DNA from: Eutreptiella sp. 'Long Island Sound 2002'
Taxonomy: Eukaryota; Protista; Euglenida
Length of the DNA stretch: 64,000 bases
Assembly: GCA_964036045.1 (NCBI GenBank)
Contig: OZ038378.1
Span: 178,064,001-178,128,000 of the forward strand
Reading direction: 5' to 3'
A program made the translations under genes and the position numbers. Below the pieces are notes generated by a model that had not been told where the DNA came from, made no database searches, and saw nothing but the letters and a program-made list of their open reading frames with translations. How positions within the stretch are numbered: position 1 is the stretch's first letter; the number at the start of each line of letters is the position of its first letter. This document shows, one piece after another, positions 12,430-22,850 of this stretch.

Positions 12430-13662
12430 TGTATACGCGCGCGTATATTATACGTCACAGTATACGCGCTTATACGCGTGTATACGCGCGCGTATACTAT
12501 ACGTCACAGATATACACGCGCGTATATTATACCTGTATACATATATACACGTATACACATATACACACCTACATAGACACATGCGTATATATATATACAT
12601 ATGTATATACACACACACATACATGCAAATGGGTTACAATATACGCGCGCGTATAATATGTGTGTGTATATATTATACGCGCACGTATAATACACACGCG
12701 TATATATTGTGCGCGCGCGTATAATATATACGCGTGCGTGTAATATATACGCGCACGTATAATATATAACTCTTCACATATATACACACACATGCATACA
12801 CAAGTAGACGCGGCCTGCTAATTGTAGACACAGTCAGCATGTGGTAGACGCGAAGTGCCAATATTTGGGAAGGGGGCCAAAGGCCCCCTTCCCCACAAAC
12901 GGTCCGATTCCAGCGTTTACCCATGTCCCCGGGCAAGGTGGTTTGTAGTCTGTAGACACAGTGCACCACAAGTAGACGCAGCCTGCTAATTGTAGACACT
13001 GTCGGCATGTTGTAGACGCGAAGTGCCAACATTTGGGAAGGGGGCCGAAGGCCTCCGTCCCCACAAACGGTCCGATTCTAGCGTTTACCCGTGCACCCGG
13101 GCAAGGTGGTCTGTAGTCTGCAGACGTGGTCTGCCCGAAGTAGACGCGGCCTGCTAATTGTAGACACTGTCGGCATGTTGTAGACGCAAAGTGCCAATAT
13201 TTGTCAAGGGTGCGCGCCTCTATTACACACACGCGTTTATCATACCTCTATACAAATAGACACACGTACACATACATACACACCTGCACACGTACCTACT
13301 TACATAAAGATACACACACACACACACAGACACACACATATATATATCCATGCATCGGATCATACAGGCGCGTATATTATACGCGCACGTATAATATATA
13401 CGCGCGTATAATATATATGCGTGTATAATATGCGCGCGCGTTTATACACACATATACACGCGCGTTTATACGCACATATACACGCGCGTGTACACCCATG
13501 TATACGTGCGCGTATATACACACGTATACGCGCGCGTATATACCCATCTATACGCGCGCGTATATTCGTATGTATACGCGCGCGGATAAAATATATGTCA
13601 CAGTATACGCACTTATACGCGTGTATACGCGCGCGTATACTATACGTCACAGATATACGCGC
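12430..13662. repeat. Composite satellite: alternating purine-pyrimidine blocks (12430-12800, 13210-13662) around 2.4 copies of a 168-bp unit (12801-13205)
   Basis: The TATACGCGCGCGTATA-type blocks share a ~70-bp direct repeat. The motif aagtagacg recurs with the unit starting at 12801, 12969 and 13137 (period 168). Confidence 0.9.
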
Positions 13663-13665
13663 ATA

Positions 13666-14330
13666 GGGGGAATGTTTGCCCAGCGCGCGCCCGGCACGCT
13701 ACTTTCCTATTAACTATCCCAACTTCAGCTCTAGATTTACCCTCTCATGGAGAAGCCCCCCAAGTAGACCACGTTGCACTGCACACCTTCCCTACAAAGC
13801 ACGTTGCATAATAAAGCAATATCTATGAATTCAGCAACTCCAACTGTCCAACTGTCATCTGTGTTGTACTTAACAAACAACATTGCTCCCACAAGTGTGG
13901 GTGTCTATACAGTCAGTACAATAGTGCTCCTTACACTCATCACAAACTGCGACGGTGGAGCGCTTCTGACAACACAACACACACACTTCTGCGACATCCT
14001 CTACCTCATCTTGCGTGCCACAACCGAGCAAACAGCTGCTCAATGTGTGCCCTATACCACCCATGCACGTCATTGTAAGATTGTTGGCGGGCTGTCAAAG
14101 TGCCATTCTTTCTTCCAATGAGAGGCACAATGACATGAATCCAGCCTTGAGAAGCACCATCATGGCCCCCAACTTCGAAGTCAAAGAAATCATCTCGGGT
14201 ACGAGAAGGCCCATACCCATCCCAAATCAAAACATCTGCTGATGTCCCGGGGGCCAAGGGGCAAATCCATAAAATGTTGCCCAACGTATCAACGGCAACA
14301 GTCCACCGGTAGGGCACGGGTCACAAAAGA
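13666..14330 (-). mobile_element. PIF/Harbinger-like DDE transposon remnant, in intron 2
   Basis: VAVDTLGNILWICPLAPGTSADVLIW...HDGASQG...YNDVHGWYRAHIEQLF (DDE_Tnp_4-like). The G-rich end gggggaatgtttgccc is shared with 17596 and 21477. Confidence 0.8.
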
Positions 14331-14724
14331 TTCCCGGCACGCGCCCGGTGCGCTAATGTTCCCGCATTCGCGCGCTTATAAGTGCGCATTGATCGTCTTC
14401 CCCCCGCGCGCCCCTTCTTCGTGATCCTCCTCCTGTGGGAGGGGAGGAGGTCTCGTCTGGTCTAGTGTGCCTTGCGGTATCGCGGCGTGCCCCGTGGCTC
14501 GTCCCTGACGGTCCCCTGGCTAAGGGCTCGGGTTGGGCGGCCCGCTGGCGGCGACACTGGGCCAGCTGGTCTCCCTGGGAGGGGGGGGGGGGGGCAGCGT
14601 TTCCCCAGGGGCTGTGCTGAGTGCTGTGCTGTGCGTGTCTGCTGGAAAGCGTCCCTTGCACAAGGCGGGCACTGGTCAGCGGCAGCCTTGATGTTCGGCG
14701 ATGTGGGAGGGGAGGGGGGTTGAC

Positions 14725-14953
14725 CAGGTCACGGCTTAAGGTTAACGGGGCGGGGGGGGGGGGGGCTGAATGGCAGCCAGGGCTCCTCCACCTGACCCAG
14801 CCACCCACCCACCCACCCACCCACATCAGAAAACTTTTCCTCCGGAAAAAAGTGAAATTATCAAAGGGGCCCAAAATTGGAGTTCGATTTTAGGTACACA
14901 AACTGACCCCCCCCCCCACCCGCAGTATAGGTCACGGTCGCCACTAAGGCCTG
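14725..14953. mobile_element. hAT-type MITE family B copy (partial third copy ~11190-11300)
   Basis: Ends cagg...cctg. Internal block ggggccc.aaattggag..gattttaggtaca is shared with 16864-17085. Flanked by a ggttgac direct repeat. Confidence 0.75.
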
Positions 14954-16248
14954 GGTTGACCCAGTGGGTTTGAAACCTTGAAACCAGGGCACACAAACGA
15001 GCGCAACACAATGGGATCAAATGGTCAAGACCAGCGCTCCGGAGACAGATCGGTATGTTCTGTAGTGACCAGTCCCATGCAATGCCATCGTCATTGGAGT
15101 CCTGGTGCCGCTTGCGGTTGCGAGGGCCTTTTATTTCACCCTTGCCCTTGTCCAGCCATTCTCACGTGCAATCTGGGATGCACTGCAATAATGAAAAATC
15201 GCCCCCCAACAGTGAGACACATCAACAACCTCCAACCACTTGGCATGTGGGTGAGCTCACTAAAGGCTGATCCAAGTACACCATCAGTAGGGCTGAGGGT
15301 GAGCCTTCCCACTTATGACACCAAAACATCCTGCCCAACGGACCCCACCACACGACACATCCCAGCACTTCATATTGCGCCTTTCAGGTTGCCCTCAGGT
15401 AAGCGAGCGCCAGCAACTGGCTCCACGCTTTCCCGACGGTGAGTGCCGCTTCGCGTATTGGCCGGAGCACAATGTTCCGTTTGGGTGGGTTCACCTGAGC
15501 AGCACTGGAAGGTCAAATAAACTTTGCATCCATACTTCCATGAACCCAGCAATGCCCAGGGACTAAAATCTGCCCCTTGGACAGGGCCTGACCTCCACAC
15601 AAAAAAAAGCTCCTCCCCACTGCGCTGCGCGCACGGGGGGGGGGGGGGGTATTCAGCACACTTGCACTGGCCCTGACATCCCCCACACACACCCTGGTCA
15701 AGCAAACGACCATCCCTAAGCCGGAGCCTGCCCAACCAAAAACAAAAAAAACACACACACCAAGAGGGGACGCCCCCTGTGTGACATTCCGTCGGGTTGC
15801 AGTTTCTTTACGGGGCCCTGGACAGCCACGCGTTCTTCCCTTCGCGTGCTGCGTCGGGTCAATGCTTTCTGACGGCCGCTGCGGCCTGTGTTCCTTGTGG
15901 CGTACACCCCCCTTCGTGGAGTACGGGGGCTGAGACCTCATTCAGGTGAGCTGAGCGAAGGTGCAGTCGGGACCTTCGGTAGACGAACCCTGTTTAACAC
16001 AGCCACCTCCCAAGAGCTACTGGATTGCAACCACTCAAAGGCACGGAGTACAGAGGGGTTGGGGGGGGCTAACACCGGGAGGGGACACAGGCCAAAGCAC
16101 ATCGGGACACAGGCAGCACACACTGGTGCACATACTGGCGTACACACAGGCAGACAGGGGGGCGTGGCAGGACTCAGTGGCCTGGCCATGACTGAGGCCG
16201 GGGCCGTTGCGGAGCTCTGCAGGGCTCACGGCAGCGGTGTGCAAGTGG

Positions 16249-16440
16249 CAGGGAAATATTAGAAAGGGGGGGGGGCTCTGGGACCCAACAAATTGGGTAT
16301 CAAACATGGCCCGGCAAAATTTTCTGTATTGTAAATTTCGTTTTTTCCCACTATGGTCACTTTGGTCCGGAGGGGGGGGGGTCCAGGGGGGGGGGGTACC
16401 CCCCATGCTACGGTGTACGGCCATTCTAATACTCCCCCGG
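16249..16440. mobile_element. MITE-like element family C
   Basis: Imperfect terminal inverted repeat cagggaaatattagaa ... ttctaatactccccc. Confidence 0.5.
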
Positions 16441-16493
16441 GGTGCGGGTATCCGTGGGGTGTGCCGCACAAACAGCGGCACAACGCAGCGCAC

Positions 16494-16760
16494 CTGCAAT
16501 GTGTCTCTGTGCGTGTGCTTGTTGATCTCCTCAATCCACTGATTGATCAACAGCTTTGGTACAATGATCAGCGTCGTCTTGGACGTCCAGAGCCGATGAT
16601 CGGTGGGGGGGCCACCCGCACGCGGCGCGACATCGCGGCGAAGCTCGTCGCGCGCGTCCGCGACGTAGTACGCAACCGCCGGCAGCATCGAGTCATCCCA
16701 AAGCTCCTGCGCGATGTTGGGCACCGCGCTCCAAGTGCCACGCGTCTGCAGCATCAGCGC
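16494..16760 (-). CDS. F-box/SNF2 helicase, exon 2: motif Ia
   Basis: TTLIIVPKLLINQWIEEINKH. Acceptor ccgcag|GCG; donor CAG|gtgcgc. Confidence 0.92.
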
Positions 16761-16863
16761 CTGCGGAGAGCACGGACACAGCGGGGCACGCATGGGGCTG
16801 ATGCGTGCGCGTGTGCTGGCGTCTCACCAATCGCAGAGGGCGGATCTCTGCCAGCCCCGTCGA

Positions 16864-17085
16864 CAGGCCACGGCTTACCGTCACGGGGGGGGAGGGGGGC
16901 AGCCTGGACTCCTCCACCTGGCTCACCCACCTGCCCACATCAGAAAACTTTTCCTCGGGAAAAAAATGAAATTTATCAAAGGGGCCCGAAATTGGAGGCC
17001 GATTTTAGGTACAGAAACTTTTTTTTGCCTCTGACGCCCCCCCCCCCCTTGGTCTGGGTAAAATTCGCCACTAAGCCGTGGCCTG
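16864..17085. mobile_element. hAT-type MITE family B, complete copy
   Basis: Perfect 14-bp TIR caggccacggctta/taagccgtggcctg. The 8-bp flanks are cccgtcga/cccgtaga (7 of 8 identical). Confidence 0.85.
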
Positions 17086-17595
17086 CCCGTAGAATGCCAC
17101 CCACACCAGACGACCATTCCCTCTCGGCGCCACAGAAGTTCTGGCAGGTGGGAACGCACTGGGGCCCCAACTTCAGGAACTTTTGGGGGCCAACGCCTCC
17201 CCGGCACCGGCGAACGTCCGCCGGCGTCCCGGCAATGCTCCCGTCCCGGCACGTTTTGTTGGAGGAAAACACCCCTCGGCTATGGCAAAGGTCCACACGG
17301 GATGTGACCGGTAAGACAGTCCCCCGTGGCCGTGCAAGTGCCCACAGACGCCTGCGCATGCCAAGGCATGGGCAACACCGAGAACGGTGCGGCACCCAGG
17401 GCAAACAGGGGCGGCGCACAGGGGGGGCACACAGGGGGGCACACAGCCGCACCAGGCGCTCGCTTGGTCTTCAGCCCTGTAACACCACTGCACTACTGCA
17501 CACCTGGTGGACTGGCTACGCGGTCCCCGGAGTTCGAAGTCGTGGAGGTCAGCCCCACTGCACCCGCATGGGGCGCCAAGCCCAACTGGCGGAAT

Positions 17596-17760
17596 AGGGG
17601 GGAATGTTTGCCCGGCGCGCGCCCGGCGCATGCCCGGCGCGCTACCTTTGTATTAAGTGTCTTATCTCTAGCCCCAAGTTTATCCTCACCTTGGGAAGTC
17701 CGCCAAGTAGACCACACTACACCGCAAACCTTCCCTGCAAGGCATCTTGTATAAGCCCAA
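17596..17760. mobile_element. Terminal fragment of the Harbinger-like family
   Basis: ggggggaatgtttgcccggcgcgcgcccgg...caagtagaccac aligns with 13666-13790 and 21477-21600. Confidence 0.7.
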
Positions 17761-17993
17761 ATATGAGAATTCAACAACACAAAATGTCACTCCCACCACT
17801 TCCAACCACCACCCTTGCCATCATCATAAACTGGGTGCAAAGGATGGGCCAAATTCTTAGACACGGCAAGAAGGTACTCCAAATTGTTTGTTGAGGTGGG
17901 GGCAAAAACAGGCACGAGTGGGGAATGGTCAAAAAAAGATGCCCAGAGCGCTAACGCTCCCCCTAGGGGGATTTGGGGGCAACCCCCCCCCCC

Positions 17994-18206
17994 CAGGGAT
18001 GCATTGGAGGGGGGGGGGGGGCACCGCCCCCCTTCCAGGGTGCCCAGCCTCTGCCCTGCCACTGTCTCCCTGACGGCAAGTGCCCACTTCAATGGCATTC
18101 GTAACCGACAGCAACCGCCCCGAACCGCTTTGGCGACCTCCTCCAACCCACTGCCAACCGCCTCTGGGGCCGCCTCTGAGGTCCCTTCCCTTCTAATGCA
18201 TCCCTG
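17994..18206. mobile_element. hAT-type MITE family A, complete copy
   Basis: 12-bp TIR cagggatgcatt/aatgcatccctg inserted in a C-run; same internal sequence as 12044-12261. Confidence 0.85.
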
Positions 18207-19049
18207 ACCCCCCCCCTTGCGCTAACACGGGCCAGGTGCAGCAAAAGTGCGGGAACACGGGGTCGCGGTGTTTGGACAAGGGCGTGTTTGCGCACAACAC
18301 ATACCATGGAACACGCTTTGCGCTACCCCTCAAAACAGGACAACACAAAGCACGTGTCCTCATCTGCATGATCTTGGGGGGGCATCATGCCCTTGTTCAT
18401 GACCAGTGCACTCGTACACAATGCGAACATACCCCTCACCTCGTGTAGAGGCACCTTTAATTTGAAGCGTGTGTCTGGATCTAGACACCCGAGATTAAAA
18501 ACCTTGTGCTACGCCCATGAAACCCTTAGGCGTCACAAGTTGCCCGCCCCCACCTGGCGCTTTGGCCCATGGAAGTCCATGTTGTAGTGAGGAGAACAGT
18601 ATGTGAAAAGGGGTGTTGTTTTTTGGGTATCCATACCCCCCTGGTGGCAACATGCAAAAACAAGGTGTGTATTTGAAATATATGCCATTATTTGCATTTC
18701 TGGCAACACACAAATTTTCAAAATAAAGATATTCAATCACCAAAATATAGTGTTGTTTTACATTTAGACCACTGCATTCCAGTGCCCGGGGGGGGGGGGG
18801 GGAGGTACTGCCTATTGTTCCTCTGACCCCTTTGTTCCTATTTTGCAAAACAACATACAGGGAGTGTAGGGTAGGTAGTCACATACAGGGGGCGACACAA
18901 GGGGGGGGGAAAGTAGGGCAGATAGAGAGCACACGAGACCCCCCGGGTGTGACATACATGCACATGCAGTGCAGCACGCCCACGGCAGACCGAATACGCG
19001 GGACGTTGACAAGCCCCACAAAAGGCACAGGGCACAGTACGGCGCATAC

Positions 19050-19475
19050 CAGGCACACCAGCGTCTTGCCGGTGCCCATGTCCTCCCCAAGAATCCCCCC
19101 AGCGTCCCCGAGCCCCTCCTGCTTCGCTTGATCAAGCGCGACCAGCTCCGGACCCCCGCCGCCCTCCTGCACCGTCCCACCAGCCCCGGTGCTTGGGCCA
19201 GCGGGCTGAATGCGGAAGCAGGAGCTGCTCTTGCGCACGGCAGCGCTGTCAGCGGTGCTTGCGTGGGCCTCCTTGTTAAGCATCGCCTGCAGCGTCTGGA
19301 GCTGGTAGCCGTACAGGGGCGTGCGCAGCCCCACAATGTGGGCACCCACTGGGACCACCCGCGGTGGAGACGGCAGGCGATTGATGGCGTACAGGAGCGT
19401 GAACTTGTGTGTGTACTGCAGAATCACGTGCGACCAGGCCCGGCACACGAGGCTCATGCGTGACCACTCCGCCAC
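19050..19475 (-). CDS. F-box/SNF2 helicase, first identifiable exon: F-box C-terminal half plus Walker A region
   Basis: VAEWSRMSLVCRAWSHVIL (F-box SxVCRxW), TPLYGYQLQTLQAML (Q motif), GGILGEDMGTGKTLVCL (motif I). It has an acceptor (tgcag|GTG), so upstream exon(s) exist, but I could not locate them. Confidence 0.9.
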
Positions 19476-20574
19476 CTGCATTGCAAGTGAGCAAAGGCAC
19501 ATGCAGGGGCATAGAGGAACACACAGAGGAGGCACATGGGGGGCATGCGGGGACTGAGCGGGAGGCATGACTGGGAACGGGCAGAGACACAGGGACATGC
19601 AAGATGGATAGAAAACGCTACACAGGGGGCACGCACAGGGAGCACACAAGGGGCATGAAAGGCACATGCGGAGGGCTGGCTCCAACTTGCTAATGGGTGG
19701 GGGGGGGGGGGGCATCACACCTCAGTGCACTTGACCCCCCCCCCTGTAAGAGGCTTCTGTTCCCCCCATCTGAGACAGGTGGCCCCCCTCTCTAGACAAC
19801 AATTTTTAGACCCTGGATTTGGGTGTGATTTCTGTAAATTATGCTGAAAATCCCGTGCGCAATGTTTTTGTTTGCAAGACGGGGGGAGGGGATGTCCTGA
19901 AATCCCCGCTGTTTAGACCAAATGCCTTAACCTGGGCTGCAAGGGGGTGTGTGCGGCACTGTTCAATTGGAAATAGCAACTGCTAAACCTGATCCACTTT
20001 GATGGTTTACGACCACACCCCCGTGTGCAAGCAACACCTTGTCCAAACAACACTTCTATTGTTGCACTTTTGGAACCACAAAATTGGGGAATTCCGCTTT
20101 TCAGTTCAAAATGGATGCATTTGCTGTTGGTATGATTCTGTGGCTCGGAATGGACGGTAGCATTACGTTCCATTTTGCCCCAAATTGGAGGTGTTCCTGA
20201 AGGCATTGGACCCATTTTACGTGTTACCACATTTTGCATGTGTCTTGTGGTGCCATATTGCCTACAGGAAATTGCGTACCTTGACTGCTGCTGGAACATT
20301 GCTGTATCACACATCTGCATTTTTGCTAAATGTGTGCAGCAGAAATGGCCATGCAGGGCGTGTGGGGATTTTCAGAGGCATGCTAGTGATCTCTCGCCCC
20401 GGTGCATTCGGTTTTTCTTACTTTGTGGAGGCACGGTGTTGATTCTTGGGCACACCACATTGAGTGTTAGGGGCACTGGACTGATTGCTAGAACTGCTGT
20501 GTTGATTCTTGGAAGCACCACTGGCATTCCTACAGGAAGCATTGAGTGCTCATTGGTCGTTTACATGCATGGCA

Positions 20575-20960
20575 TTGAGGGTACATTTGCCCGGCACGCG
20601 CCCGGTGCGCCCAGCATCCAAATGAATGTTCCAGCCATCTATCACAATGCTTTACCCCCAAACATCACTCCCTCCTCTAGCCCAGGAACCCTAAACACAA
20701 GCACATTGTATGACTGTTGGCAATCAAATAACTTCCCATTTTTTCGCCCAACAAGTGGGACGATCACATGCACCCTACCCTTGTAGGCCCCATCATGGCC
20801 ACCCACCTCAAAATCAAAGAATCCCCCTCTTGTGTGTGGCGGACCACTCAAGTGGCCACACCGAAGAGTGAGAGTCCTTAACCCCAACTCGAGGGGCCAC
20901 ACCAAAGCGTGGGAAAACTTTGCCCGGCGCGCCCGGAGCGTGCCTGGCGCGCTAACGTAC
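20575..20960 (-). mobile_element. Small Harbinger-like transposase fragment between CCCGGCGCGC motif clusters
   Basis: GGFFDFEVGGHDGAYKGRVHVIVPLVGRKNG is nearly identical to the other copies. Confidence 0.7.
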
Positions 20961-21476
20961 TCTGATTGATACTTGGAAGCACTGCGTTGTTTCCTCAAAG
21001 CATTAGGAATGTCGTTGGAGACACTGTATTGATTTGGAGGCACTACGTTGACTCCTTGAGAGGGATTGCAGGTTTTTTGATAAAATGATTATTAGTTATT
21101 TTCCAAACGCATGATTGCATTCATCTTGGGCACAGCAGTACTGTGATTTTTAGAGACAAAGCATGGGCCTTGAAGCAACAACTCTGGGTGATTGATGGCT
21201 GAAGTCCTGCAATGACCTTCCATTCCTCATCCCAATTGCATGCATGGTGCACTTGAACCATTTCAACTTTTTCTCTCCAAACGGTGTATCGTTTTTCAAA
21301 GCACGTAAGAAACAAAATTTGGGCTCCAAACTTTTTGTCTCCCCATCCCATTTCACTGCATTTGACCCCCCCACACCATGTATAAGCCCCCCCCCCCGGC
21401 CCATGTAAGCAATCTGATATGGGATGCTCCCCCACCCACCCAAAAGCAACTTGGAGCTGCCCACTCCCAGTCCAAG

Positions 21477-22495
21477 GGGGGATGTTGACCCGGCGCGCTA
21501 CTTTTCTATTAACTATCCCGACTTTAGCCCCAGATTTACCCTCTCATGGATAAGCCCCCCAAGTAGACCACGTTGCACTGCACACCTTCCCTACAAAGCA
21601 CGTTGCATAATAAAGCAATAGGTGCGAATTCAACCACTCCAACTGTCATTTGTGTTGCACTTAACAAACAACATTGCTCCCACAAGTGTGGATGTCTATA
21701 CAATCAGTACAATAGTGCTCCTTACACTCATCACACACTGCGACGGTGGAGCGCTTCTGACAACACAACACACACACTTCTGCGACATCCTCTACCTCAT
21801 CTTGCCTGGCGGCCAAATTGCTTTGGTCAGTCCAAACAAGAGGCGGGACATGCGCGCATGGTCCATAGGGGGGGTGTGAGACTTGTTTGCGAATGCAAAA
21901 TTGCGTAAAATGCAACAAAATACGAACTGATTGGTGCAACTCATTGGGGCCGCCACGCTAGACGTTCCTAACCAAACCCCAATGCCACAACCGAGCAAAC
22001 AGCTACTGAATGCGTGCCCTAAACCACCCGTGCACGTCATTATAACATTGTTGGCAGGCTGTCAAAGTGCCATTCTTTCTTCCAATGAATGGCACAATGA
22101 CATGAATCCAGCCTTTATAAGCACCATCATGGCCCCCAACTTCGAAATCAAAGAAATCATCTCGGGTACGAGAAGGCCCATACCCATCCCAAATCAAAAC
22201 TTCTGCTGATGTCCCGAGGGCCAAGGAGCAAATCCATATAATGTTGCCCAACATATCAACGGCAACAGTCACCTTGTAAACATGCGAGGCATATTTAGGA
22301 TTCCACAGGTTTGCACTCCATATCCCGCCAATGGAACTGATGGGCATGCAGTCTGTGAAATGTGTCATAAAGAATGGAAAATGGGGACAATGGTTGAAAG
22401 GATTCAACCTGTCGGCCCATCGAATCTCTTGAACAACATGGTTTAGGTATTCGCGAACACAGGCAACACTACGCCGCCAAGCAACCTCCGAACAC
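21477..22495 (-). mobile_element. Harbinger-like transposon, longest copy: DDE domain plus C-terminal Cys/His cluster, disrupted by stops
   Basis: FTDCMPI / HDGAYKG / RARIQ (E->Q). ORFs 22003-22566 and 21661-21939 are in the same frame. Truncated on the right by the 105-bp tandem repeat. Confidence 0.85.
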
Positions 22496-22496
22496 T

Positions 22497-22850
22497 CGGG
22501 GATCCCCAAACAATGGGGGACGAAATCAGAATTGGCTACCCCACCCCTACCTTCTCGGGGGCCCAAAAGAGGGCGGAAATGCTACGTCACCCCTGCATTC
22601 TCGGGGATCCCCAAACAATGGGGGGCGAAATCAGAATTGGCTGCCTCACCCTTGCCTTCTCGGGGGCCCAACAGAGGGCGGAAATGCTACGTCACCCTTG
22701 CATTCTCGGGGATCACCAAACAAAGGGGGACAAAATCAGAATTGGTTGCCTCACCCCTGCCTTCTCGGGGGCCCGAAAGAGGGCGGAAATGCTACGTCAC
22801 CCCTGCATTCTCGGCGTTCCCCAACAAAGGGGACAAATCAGATCTCAAAA
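22497..22850. repeat. Tandem repeat, 105-bp unit, ~3.3 copies
   Basis: gatc(c/a)ccaaac starts at 22501, 22606 and 22711. Confidence 0.92.
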
